Shown here: one piece after another, positions 47,827 to 56,680 of the stretch
Numbering within the stretch: position 1 is the stretch's first letter
Layout of the letters: every line of letters starts with the position of its first letter
DNA from: Abditibacteriaceae bacterium
GTDB lineage: Bacteria; Armatimonadota; Abditibacteriia; Abditibacteriales; Abditibacteriaceae
Length of the DNA stretch: 64,000 nt
Assembly (NCBI GenBank): GCA_965277285.1
Contig: OZ255721.1
Span: 2,176,001 to 2,240,000, forward strand
Reading direction: 5' to 3'
Position numbers and translations under genes: made by a program
The notes under the pieces: model-generated
Seen by the model: the letters and a program-made list of their open reading frames with translations, nothing else
What the model was told of the DNA's origin: nothing
The model's database searches: none

Positions 47827-48756
47827 TTATTTGACCTCGATTTGGAACAATTTTGGCCATAGTTTTCCCGTCACGAAGATACGTTTGCGCGCCGCGTCGT
47901 AGGCGATTCCGTTCAAAACGTCTTCGCCACCGTTACGCGCGTCGCGTGGCAAAATTCCCGTCAAGTCGAGATAGGAAACGACGCGTCCGTTCTGCGGATT
48001 GATCTGCACGATGGTATCGGTGCGCCACACGTTCGCCCAGATTTTGCCGTTGATCCATTCCAGTTCGTTGAGTTGCGTCAGAGGCGCGCCATTTTGCGTC
48101 ACACGAATGGTGCGCATTGGCGCGAATGTTTTGGTGTCGCGGAAAGTGATGATGTCGCTGCCGTTGCTCATCACAAAACTTTGTCCGTCGAAAGTCAAGC
48201 CCCAGCCTTCGCCCTGATATTGCCATTCGCCTAAAGGCTTCAGCGTCGCGCGGTCGTAAATAAAGGCGCGCCCGTCCTGCCACGACAATTGCACCAGCTT
48301 GTTGTTGGCCAGTGCCAAACCTTCGCCAAAAATCGCGGGATCATCGTCGTGCTCTTCGAGTACTCGACCCGCCGGAAAAGCGACGCGGCGAACATCGGAA
48401 TGACCTTGCAAACCCGTGCTTTCGTAAAACGAGTTGTCGCTCCACAGCAAACCTTCGGTGAAAGCGCTCGTATCGTGCGCATAAGTCCCTACAATTTTGT
48501 AACTCAAACGTCGCGCCAAAGGCTCAATTGTGGACGTTGCAATCGCGTTATTCGCCAGCGCGCTGTCCGTTGCGTTTGTCGTAACAAGACGAACCGAGCG
48601 CGACGCGACATTTGTGTGCGCGATATTGTGGTGCGGTTGGGCGTGGAAGGATCGGCGAAAACCAAAGCCGCCAAGAGCGACGGCAGAAAGGGAAAAGACG
48701 GCGCAGGCGACGATTTTCTGGTGGCGAAGAAAAGATTTAGGAGAATGAAAATTCAT
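47827..48756 (-). CDS. Glutaminyl-peptide cyclotransferase
   Basis: HD..AFTEGL, ESTGL.G, FGEG, EGWGL, LNELE, VLNGIAYD, TGKLWP. Confidence 0.95.
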   Translation of the reverse strand: MNFHSPKSFLRHQKIVACAVFSLSAVALGGFGFRRSFHAQPHHNIAHTNVASRSVRLVTTNATDSALANNAIATSTIEPLARRLSYKIVGTYAHDTSAFTEGLLWSDNSFYESTGLQGHSDVRRVAFPAGRVLEEHDDDPAIFGEGLALANNKLVQLSWQDGRAFIYDRATLKPLGEWQYQGEGWGLTFDGQSFVMSNGSDIITFRDTKTFAPMRTIRVTQNGAPLTQLNELEWINGKIWANVWRTDTIVQINPQNGRVVSYLDLTGILPRDARNGGEDVLNGIAYDAARKRIFVTGKLWPKLFQIEVK

Positions 48757-48816
48757 AGCGGCGGCTTGGACATCTTGAAGTGTGACGTAGTTTCAGTTAA
48801 TATAGAAAAGTCTTAT

Positions 48817-48894
48817 GGCGGGTGTAGCTCACCTGGTTAGAGCGCCAGTTTGTGGCACTGGAGGTAACGGGTTCAAGTCCCGTCACTCGCCCCA
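48817..48894 (+). tRNA. tRNA-His(GTG) with encoded G-1, C73 and CCA
   Basis: GGCGGGTGTAGCTCACCTGGTTAGAGCGCCAGTTTGTGGCACTGGAGGTAACGGGTTCAAGTCCCGTCACTCGCCCCA. Confidence 0.97.
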
Positions 48895-48901
48895 GCTTTT
48901 T

Positions 48902-48941
48902 AGATCCCCAGCGTGAACTTGCAAATTCACGCTGGGGATCT
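48902..48941 (+). terminator. Rho-independent terminator after tRNA-His
   Basis: AGATCCCCAGCGTGAA...TTCACGCTGGGGATCT followed by a T-rich tract. Confidence 0.8.
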
Positions 48942-49202
48942 TCGTTTTCCCGTCTTATATCCGCTTAACTCGAAGTGCGAAATGCACTTTCTTTTTCTCT
49001 TAATCCCTTGTCTTTGAAACACAAAACGTCGTTATTATGACTAATTGTGTCAAAAGAGCGTTCAACGAACCATCCGTTGAACGCTCTTTTCTTGTTCTTT
49101 CAACCGTGCATTTTCTTTTGTGACTTCACTATTTTTTTTGGACCAAGGGCTGCTTCCAATTACCGCAGCCAGCTTGCGCTCCGTCGAGTTCGGTGAACGA
49201 AG

Positions 49203-50789
49203 TTATTTCGCGTGCCCGACATAAACCTGATAAGCCCAGGGTGCGAGCTTGAAGGATGGCGAAGCGTCGAGCTTGATGAGGCGCTTGCCAAACCAGTCGG
49301 TGTAGTCACCTGCCAGAGAAACATTCGCTGCGGAAGCATTGGCGGAAGCATTGGCGGAAGAAGCGTCGTTCAAGGTGACCGCTTGCGCTTGGTCGCTCAA
49401 GTTGACCACAACCAGTACTCGATTCTGCCCCCTTTGTCCGCTTTCTGCGCTTTCTGCGCTTTCTGCGCTTTGCCGCACAAAAGCATACACCTTGTCATCG
49501 TGGTTCGACACGATCTTGGTGAAACTCCCTTGAACAACCGCGGGCTGCTCTTGATAAAGCTGCAACAAGCGGCTGTAGAACCCCCACACCGGAGAACTCA
49601 GGCGCGCTTCAGCCTGTAGTGGAGGATTGACCTTGAGCAAGCTCATCTCCTGCCCGTTGTAGATCAACGGCTTGCCAGGCAACGTGGTGCACAACACCAT
49701 CAGCGGCGCCACTTGGGGCACGCCCTGGCTGATGTCGATGGCGGCTCCCGTGCCCCAGCCCCAGTCGGCATGAGGGTGCCAATCGTGGTTATCCAGGAAA
49801 CGCATCTGAATGGCACCCGCAGGATACATCGCGGCTTCCTTGCGCAGCTCATCGTCGATGTTTGAAGCGGGTTGATGTCCTGCACAGATCTGCCACAGAA
49901 TAGGTGGCAAGCTCCACTGATAGTTCATGTCGAAAGCTGGATGCACTTCGGGGTTGTCCGCTTCAGCCAGCATGAAGACCGGCTTGAGCGCGTTCAACTG
50001 AGGACGCAGCCAGTTCCAGAACTCGACTGGCACGCGACCGTTGCTGCCCGCCACATCGCAGCGGAAGCCATCGATGCCAAAGGTGCGCACCCAGTAGCTC
50101 ATGTTGTCGCGCATGGTGTTCCACAAGGGCTGGTTCCACTGACCCGCTTTGCCATAATCGAGTTGCGCCACATCGCCCCAAGTATAAGCTTGCGCGATCT
50201 GACCTTTGGCGTCTTTGACGTAGAACTCGGGATGAGCCGTGATCAGCGCGTTGTCCCAGGCGGTATGATTGGGAACCCAGTCGAGCAGAACGTGCAAGCC
50301 CAAAGCGTGCGCTGTGTTCACCAGATGCTGAAAGTCGGCTTTGCTGCCAAGGTCGGGATTGACTTGCTGGTAGTCGCGCACCGAGTAAGGGCTGCCGAAG
50401 CCTTTCAAGTGGCCGCGCGGATAGATCGGCATCAGCCACAAAAGGCCCACACCCATCTTCTTCAAGACCGGCAAGTGCTGCTCGAACTGGCGCATCGCCT
50501 GGCCTTTGGTAAAACCATAAACGTCCCAGTTCACTTCGTAGATCGGCAAGTTCTTCGCCCACGATGGACCCGACATCGTCTTGGTCGTTAACGGGCCGTC
50601 AATTTTCAACGGCGGTTGCGGCGCTTTTGGCTTGGAGCTTCGCGCGAATATAACTTTGGGCCATGTCGCCTCCGATGTCTCGCCGGATGTATTTTCGCCC
50701 GAAGAACGCAGAAAATAAACGCCCAGCGCTGCCAGGCAAAACACCGCAAACAACCCAATTTTTAAAGTCCGAGGCGAGTTCTGATTCAT
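49203..50789 (-). CDS. GH13 alpha-amylase-family glycoside hydrolase, N-terminally anchored or secreted
   Basis: LWLMPI, DWVPNH, GFRCDVA, LAE, NHD catalytic regions. Confidence 0.93.
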   Translation of the reverse strand: MNQNSPRTLKIGLFAVFCLAALGVYFLRSSGENTSGETSEATWPKVIFARSSKPKAPQPPLKIDGPLTTKTMSGPSWAKNLPIYEVNWDVYGFTKGQAMRQFEQHLPVLKKMGVGLLWLMPIYPRGHLKGFGSPYSVRDYQQVNPDLGSKADFQHLVNTAHALGLHVLLDWVPNHTAWDNALITAHPEFYVKDAKGQIAQAYTWGDVAQLDYGKAGQWNQPLWNTMRDNMSYWVRTFGIDGFRCDVAGSNGRVPVEFWNWLRPQLNALKPVFMLAEADNPEVHPAFDMNYQWSLPPILWQICAGHQPASNIDDELRKEAAMYPAGAIQMRFLDNHDWHPHADWGWGTGAAIDISQGVPQVAPLMVLCTTLPGKPLIYNGQEMSLLKVNPPLQAEARLSSPVWGFYSRLLQLYQEQPAVVQGSFTKIVSNHDDKVYAFVRQSAESAESAESGQRGQNRVLVVVNLSDQAQAVTLNDASSANASANASAANVSLAGDYTDWFGKRLIKLDASPSFKLAPWAYQVYVGHAK

Positions 50790-50983
50790 TTTGTTCTCCT
50801 ACTCAACATTATAGTACAGCTTCATAGTACGACTTTCATCGGCAGGAAGATGGTAAGTGTGACAGTGCAAAACCTATCAACAGAACGCCAAAAGCAAGCA
50901 CACGACATCAGAAGCCTGAGAGAAGAAGCCGAACATGAGACTGGAACAGCACAGTTCCAACATCGAGTACTCGATGTTGGATT

Positions 50984-51733
50984 TTATTGTCCCTGGCCCA
51001 ATCGTTCGCCCAGGACGCGCGGCAAACCCGCCTGAAAAATGGCGTCGCGCGCGGCTGGCCAATCGTAATCAATGGCAAAAACGTCCACTGTTCGCGCACT
51101 CGAATCGAAAAGCGCGTAACGCGCCTGCGCATTGCCATCACGCGGTTGGCCGCACGAACCCGGATTAAGCAGATAACGCCATTCTTCTTCCATTTGCAAA
51201 CTGCCGCCGCGTTTCAACGGCGCATATTCCATTTGATAGCGCTTGCCCGGCACATCCAAGCAACGATAAGTATCGGCGACGTGCGTGTGGCCATAAAAAC
51301 ACAATTGGCGCTTCATCAAATGAATTGTTGCCTGCGCGATTTCGCGTCCCAAAATGTATTCTTCAATTGGCTGGCGCAGGCTGGCGTGAACGGCTTGAAA
51401 GTTGTCCTCCGCGTTGTCATAAGTCGGCGATAAACTGCCCAACCAGGCGCGATTTTCGAGGGAAAGCTGATCGCGCGTCCACAAGATCGCTTGCATTGCG
51501 ACCGGATTGAACCACGAAATATCAATTTTCCCCAGCGCCGCCGCATCGTGATTTCCCAGCAGGCAGGTCGCTTTCAAATCGCGCAGAATGTCGCAACAAT
51601 CATCGGGATGCGCGCCGTAACCAACGACATCGCCCAAACACAAAATTGCGTCATGTTCACCTGCCGCAGCACGTAGAACAGCTTCCAGGCCGAAACGATT
51701 GCCGTGAACATCCGAAAAAATAAGGGTGCGCAT
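50984..51733 (-). CDS. Calcineurin-like metallophosphoesterase
   Basis: SDVHGN, GDVVGYG, GNHD, GHTH, NPGS.GQPRD. Confidence 0.95.
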   Translation of the reverse strand: MRTLIFSDVHGNRFGLEAVLRAAAGEHDAILCLGDVVGYGAHPDDCCDILRDLKATCLLGNHDAAALGKIDISWFNPVAMQAILWTRDQLSLENRAWLGSLSPTYDNAEDNFQAVHASLRQPIEEYILGREIAQATIHLMKRQLCFYGHTHVADTYRCLDVPGKRYQMEYAPLKRGGSLQMEEEWRYLLNPGSCGQPRDGNAQARYALFDSSARTVDVFAIDYDWPAARDAIFQAGLPRVLGERLGQGQ

Positions 51734-51857
51734 AAACTCCTTTAACGTGCCAGAAAATAAAACCTGTTGTTATGCTGCCTGCAAGCGCTTGACACATAAT
51801 GGCGACGAGTTCTCAAAGTCAGTTTGTAAAGTAGAAAACACGGTTGGAAGGTGACAG

Positions 51858-52078
51858 TTTGTCATTTTGAGAAAGTCTATAGAAAGTCCGCGCAATGTTC
51901 CAAAACTCGTAGTTTGTCATTCTGAGCGCAGCGTAGAATCTAATTACAGGTAGATTCTTCGCTACTGATACTTTCGAGCCTTTCCTGTTGCTTTTCGGCT
52001 TTCCTATACACCCTCTCAGAATGGCAAACTGGTAGTTTGAAGGCTTTTTGCTACTTTCACGACTTTTCATACAACCTC
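51858..52078. mobile_element. Degenerate MITE/REP composite, reverse-oriented relative of 7600-7806
   Basis: REP arm at 51913-51963; IS5-like ends at 51871, 51999-52015 and 52061-52078. Confidence 0.55.
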
Positions 52079-52192
52079 TGAGTCGCCGAATAATAAGCTT
52101 CCATTTTTATATCACGGACTTTTCAAGCTGGTTCTGAAAGCATTATCGAGTACTCGATTGTCTTGGCAACTCCTATGCAATATCAAAGGCAA

Positions 52193-52539
52193 TGGTGCAA
52201 CCTTTGGTGCAACCTTTGGTGCAACCTTTGGTGCAACCTTTGGTGCAACCTTTGGTGCAACCTTTGGTGCAACCTTTGGTGCAACCTTTGGTGCAACCTT
52301 TGGTGCAACCTTTGGTGCAACCTTTGGTGCAACCTTTGGTGCAACCTTTGGTGCAACCTTTGGTGCAACCTTTGGTGCAACCTTTGGTGCAACCTTTGGT
52401 GCAACCTTTGGTGCAACCTTTGGTGCAACCTTTGGTGCAACCTTTGGTGCAACCTTTGGTGCAACCTTTGGTGCAACCTTTGGTGCAACCTTTGGTGCAA
52501 CCTTTGGTGCAACCTTTGGTGCAACCTTTGGTGCAACCT
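52193..52539. repeat. Perfect tandem repeat (TGGTGCAACCTT) x about 29
   Basis: 347 bp of identical 12-bp units, ending 26 bp before the diguanylate cyclase ATG. Confidence 0.98.
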
Positions 52540-52565
52540 GAAGCGCCTTGCAAACGAGGGAAAGG

Positions 52566-54635
52566 ATGGCAAGTTCCGAGGCTTATTTGCTGATAGAGGA
52601 CAATGACGTATCCGTGGAAGGCGCATTAAGACTGGCGCGCGAGCTTGCTTTTGCCATTGGAGAATCTGCAAGCGAGCACGAAGCGCTGGGCACTGTTCTG
52701 GCGCGTGTTTGTCGCGCCACCAACTGGCAACTGGGCCAGGCTTGGACTTGGAACGACGACGGCTTGCACTGCAGCCCAGCCTGGTATTGCGACACAGATA
52801 TTGTCCCAAAGGTTGGCACGCTCCGCCAGTTGAGCCTGGATTTGGTGCTGGCGCCGGGCATCAGTTTACCGGGTCTGGTCTGGCAAACGCGTCAAGCCGC
52901 GTGGGACAACCACGGCGACGAGTACCGTTACAAGCAACTGCGGAGTCGTCAATTGGTGCATGATGCAGGATTGCGCGCCTGCTTTGCCGTGCCAGTTGCG
53001 GCAGGCGACGAAATGGTCGCCGTATTGGAGTTTTTCTCGGTCGAAGCTCACCCCGAAAATCCCCATTTGTTGCGTCTCATTTCGGCGATTGCGGTGCAAC
53101 TGGGTTCGCTGCTGTTGCGCAAGCGCGCCGAAGCGGCCTTGCGCGAAAGTGAAGCCGAATTGCAAGCCTTGATGTGCGCCATTAACGACCTAGTTCTCGT
53201 GCTGGATAAAGAAGGCCGCTACCTCAAAGTTGCTTCGACTCATAACGAACTTTTATATCAGCCTGCCTCGGAAATCCTGGGCAAAACGCTGCATGAGGTG
53301 TTGCCAGGTGATCTGGCCACCCAATTTATGCAAGTAATTGAGCGGGCTTTGCACACGCATCGCACCGTTGAAATCGAGTACTCGATGCAGGTCGGAGAAG
53401 AAATGCTGTGGTTCAGCGCCCATATTTCGCCAATGAGCGATGAACGCGTGGTGTGGGTGGCGCGCGACATCACAGAGCGCAAAAGAGCCGAGGTCGCGCT
53501 GGCGCAAGCCGAAAAACGTTATCGCAGCATTTTCGAGAACGCTATCGAAGGCATTTTTCAAACCGATGCGCAGGGTCGTTATCTCAGCGCGAATCCTGCT
53601 TTGGCACACCTTTATGGCTACGATTCGCCCGCCGAATTGATGAAAGAACTGACCGATATTTCTCATCAGCTTTATCTGGAGCCTGGGCGCCGCGAAGAGT
53701 TCGTGCGGCTTTTGGCGCGTCATGAGCGCGTTTCCAAGTTTGAATCGCCAGTGCGTCGCAAAGATGGAACAGCCATTTGGATTTCGGAAAATGCGCGCAC
53801 CGTGCGCGACGAAAACGGCACCTTGATGTATTACGAAGGAAGCGTCGAAGACATCACAGAGCGCAAATATCAACAGCGCCAATTTGAAGACCAGCAAACG
53901 CGCTTACAAGAAATCAATGTCCAGTTGCAAGTTTTGGCCACAGTGGACGGCCTGACAGGTTTGAAAAATCATCGCGCGCTGCAAGATGCCTTGCGCTATG
54001 AATGCGCGCGCGCCGAACGAGAAGGACACCCTCTTTCGGTGATGCTGCTCGATGTCGATGCCTTCAAGCCTTACAATGATACCTTCGGACACCCTGCAGG
54101 CGACGATGTATTGCGCCAATTCGCGCACATCCTGAAAACAAACGCGCGTGGAACCGACTTTGTGGCGCGCTATGGCGGCGAAGAGTTTGTCGCCATCTTG
54201 CCTCACACAGGCCGCACTGCCGCTTACGAATGCGCAGAACGCTTCCGAAACGCCATCCAAAACGCATCTTGGCCAATGCGTGCAATCACCGCCAGTTTCG
54301 GCGTCGCCACCTTCGACAGCGCCACCGCCAATGAGCCAATCACGGGAAATGTTGTAACAAACGACGTTGTAACAAACGACGTTGTAACAAACGACGTTGT
54401 AACAAACGACGTTGTAACAAACGACGTTGTAACAAACGACGTTGTAACAAACGACGTTGTAACGAATGACGTTGTAACGAATGATGAAACGGCCAGCAAC
54501 GGAACAAGCGTAATAGACGGCGAACCGTACAGCAATTCTCGTTCGGCCAGTCTGCTTTCTCAAGCCGACAAAGCGCTTTACTTGTCGAAAACCAATGGCC
54601 GCAACCGCACCACGCACGCCGACAACCTTAATTAA
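52566..54635 (+). CDS. Diguanylate cyclase, GAF-PAS-PAS-GGDEF
   Basis: GLPG.VW GAF domain, two PAS domains ending DITERK, DGLTGL.N.R, RGTD I-site, RYGGEEF, ADKALY.SK..GRN. Confidence 0.95.
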   Translation: MASSEAYLLIEDNDVSVEGALRLARELAFAIGESASEHEALGTVLARVCRATNWQLGQAWTWNDDGLHCSPAWYCDTDIVPKVGTLRQLSLDLVLAPGISLPGLVWQTRQAAWDNHGDEYRYKQLRSRQLVHDAGLRACFAVPVAAGDEMVAVLEFFSVEAHPENPHLLRLISAIAVQLGSLLLRKRAEAALRESEAELQALMCAINDLVLVLDKEGRYLKVASTHNELLYQPASEILGKTLHEVLPGDLATQFMQVIERALHTHRTVEIEYSMQVGEEMLWFSAHISPMSDERVVWVARDITERKRAEVALAQAEKRYRSIFENAIEGIFQTDAQGRYLSANPALAHLYGYDSPAELMKELTDISHQLYLEPGRREEFVRLLARHERVSKFESPVRRKDGTAIWISENARTVRDENGTLMYYEGSVEDITERKYQQRQFEDQQTRLQEINVQLQVLATVDGLTGLKNHRALQDALRYECARAEREGHPLSVMLLDVDAFKPYNDTFGHPAGDDVLRQFAHILKTNARGTDFVARYGGEEFVAILPHTGRTAAYECAERFRNAIQNASWPMRAITASFGVATFDSATANEPITGNVVTNDVVTNDVVTNDVVTNDVVTNDVVTNDVVTNDVVTNDVVTNDETASNGTSVIDGEPYSNSRSASLLSQADKALYLSKTNGRNRTTHADNLN
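54351..54485 (+). repeat. In-frame tandem repeat (GTTGTAACAAACGAC) x9 encoding (VVTND)9
   Basis: 7 identical and 2 diverged 15-bp units inside the GGDEF domain. Confidence 0.97.
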
Positions 54636-54847
54636 CCCAGGTTGCCACCTAACTATTGCCTGCGAGTGAACTCGCGGCTCAACCGCCTGCGGCTCAACCG
54701 CCTGCGGCTCAACCGCCTGCGGCGGCAGCGGCGGCCTGCGCCGACGCAACATTGAATGCATTCGGGCGTCGGCGCAGGCCTATGCACCGGCGGAAGCACC
54801 TGCCCAAAGCGCACCCGAGCCGCGAATCAGGTAGCAACTTGGGTTAA
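54632..54847. mobile_element. MITE-like element with 19-bp terminal inverted repeats
   Basis: TTAACCCAGGTTGCCACCT / AGGTAGCAACTTGGGTTAA (17/19); internal (GCGGCTCAACCGCCT)x3 and a GC-rich hairpin. Confidence 0.5.
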
Positions 54848-54879
54848 GTAACTCGTGATGTGAATTTGTTTAGTTCTTA

Positions 54880-55719
54880 GAGGGTGTAGAGAAAGTTAGT
54901 AGGTTCTGTTGAGCATGAGAGCGATCATAACGATATGGATCCAAGCCTGGCTGCTTTTGGGATTTTGCTCGTAGTCCTTGCTCAAGCGCCGCCATTTGTT
55001 CCACCAACCGAAGGTTCGCTCCACGACCCAACGTCTGGGCAAAACTTCAAAGCCTTTAGGGTGTTGCTTGCTTTTGCTCACGATCTCGAGGTCGACGCCA
55101 TGCCGCTGCTTGACCCATTGAGCGAACTCTGGGCCGCTGTAACCGGCATCCGCCCACATCTTCTTCAAGCGTCCCGAAGGAAAGCGCAACTGCTCCAGCA
55201 GCATACGCGCTCCTTCTCGTTCGGGGATGTGAGCCGGATGTCCTAGCACCTGCAGGAGCCTTCCCGCGCTGTCAACTAGCAGATGGCGCTTGCGACCGTT
55301 TACTTTCTTGGCTGCGTCGAAGCCTTTTGGCCCCCTTTTTCCGTAGTCTTGACGCTCTGGCTATCGAGAATCGCGGCGCTGGGTGCCACCTGACGACCAG
55401 ATAAATGACGATCCTGAGTTCGTAAAGCAGTGTGAAGATGTTCCAGCGTTCCGTTGTCACGCCAACGCCTGAAGTGATCCCACACTACGGCCCAGGGAGG
55501 AAACTCATGCGGCAAAGACCGCCAGGAGCAACCGGTGCGAGCTTGATACAGCAGAGCATTGACCACTTCTCGCAACTCGTGGCGGCGTGGCCTGCCACTG
55601 CGCCCGTTCTTGGGAGCTGGAAAGACCGCTTGCAGACGCTGCCACTGCGCGTCGCTTAAATCACTTGGATAGGCTTTGCGTTTCACGACCAAAGTCTATA
55701 ATACTTTCTCTACACTCTC
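54880..55719 (-). mobile_element. IS5-family insertion sequence, 840 bp, apparently complete
   Basis: TIRs GAGGGTGTAGAGAAAGT / ACTTTCTCTACACTCTC (16/17); TA on both flanks. Confidence 0.93.
54896..55692 (-). CDS. IS5-family DDE transposase in two frames joined by a probable -1 frameshift
   Basis: YPSDLSDAQW...ILDSQSVKTTEKGG, then GFDAAKKVNGRKRHLLVD...ADAGY...RWVVERTFGW...RRLSKDYE; AAAAAGGGGG at about 55331-55340. Confidence 0.9.
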
Positions 55720-56068
55720 TAAAACATATTTTTGGCGTTGTTTCCTTTGATTTTATCTACAGCAAAGCAGAGGTTCTCAACAGGAGAATGCCTTCTTTTC
55801 CTCTTCTTGACAACGATTTTTCCCATCGATTTGGGCATTAACAGCGTATGAAACGACGCGCTATATTTTTACAACTTAAACCTGAAGAATATTGGTTAAA
55901 CAAAGAGGAAATCGAGTACTCGACGAGAGCGCTTTTGCGCATGGAATTGGCAGGTTTTGGCGTCGTGACATTCTATAACTTTTTTACAGGATGTTTCAAA
56001 AGGGTAGACATACTCTTGAGTATGCAAAAAGCAGTTTGACTAATAATTCAAAGCTGGGAGTTCAGAAA

Positions 56069-56500
56069 ATGGACATCAAAAGGAACGGCTCACAGCCTTC
56101 TGGCAAAGGGCCGGACGAGTATTTTACCGGCACCGTGCGTGTTGATCCTCTTTTCAAAGCCGACGAACCTGCACGAGTCGTCGGCGCATCTGTCACCTTC
56201 GAGCCTGGCGCTCGGACAGCGTGGCACACTCACCCGCTGGGACAAACTTTGATTGTGACAGCAGGCTGCGGCCTGGCACAGCGCGAAGGCGGGTCGATTG
56301 AAGAAATTCGGCCTGGTGACATCATCTGGTTCCCGCCGGGCGAGAAGCATTGGCACGGTGCGACATCCACGACAGCCATGACACACATCGCCATTCAGGA
56401 ACAACTCGAGGGCAAGACCGTTGAGTGGATGGAAAAGGTAAGCGATGAGCAATACCAGGCTGGTTTAAGAGTCAAATCAAAAGCAACGCTTGAAAAGTAA
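56069..56500 (+). CDS. Cupin-domain protein
   Basis: [39 protein letters not shown]. Confidence 0.92.
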   Translation: MDIKRNGSQPSGKGPDEYFTGTVRVDPLFKADEPARVVGASVTFEPGARTAWHTHPLGQTLIVTAGCGLAQREGGSIEEIRPGDIIWFPPGEKHWHGATSTTAMTHIAIQEQLEGKTVEWMEKVSDEQYQAGLRVKSKATLEK

Positions 56501-56601
56501 CGCTTAAAAAGGGCGCGCCTTGATGTCGTGCTATCAAGTACCAAGGTGTTAATGCTCGTACTCTGAATGACTTTGCTGTCGCAGGCTGGAACAAACAAAG
56601 C

Positions 56602-56641
56602 CGAAGGGCCGCTAATCGAGTACTCGATTGGCGGCCCTTCG
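56602..56641. terminator. Hairpin between convergent genes centred on the palindrome
   Basis: CGAAGGGCCGCTAA-TCGAGTACTCGA-TTGGCGGCCCTTCG. Confidence 0.65.
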
Positions 56642-56680
56642 TATGCCTCATGCTATTTGTCACGAAGTGGCAAAGTCGCT

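Noticed and set aside
52193..52539. CRISPR array
   Set aside because: 12-bp units are contiguous with no spacers, and there are no cas genes in the window
52158..52809. ORFs (GATF)n, (WCNL)n, (CTKG)n, (LHQR)n, (VQPL)n as proteins
   Set aside because: The unit has no stop codon in any frame, so open frames are automatic; no independent coding evidence
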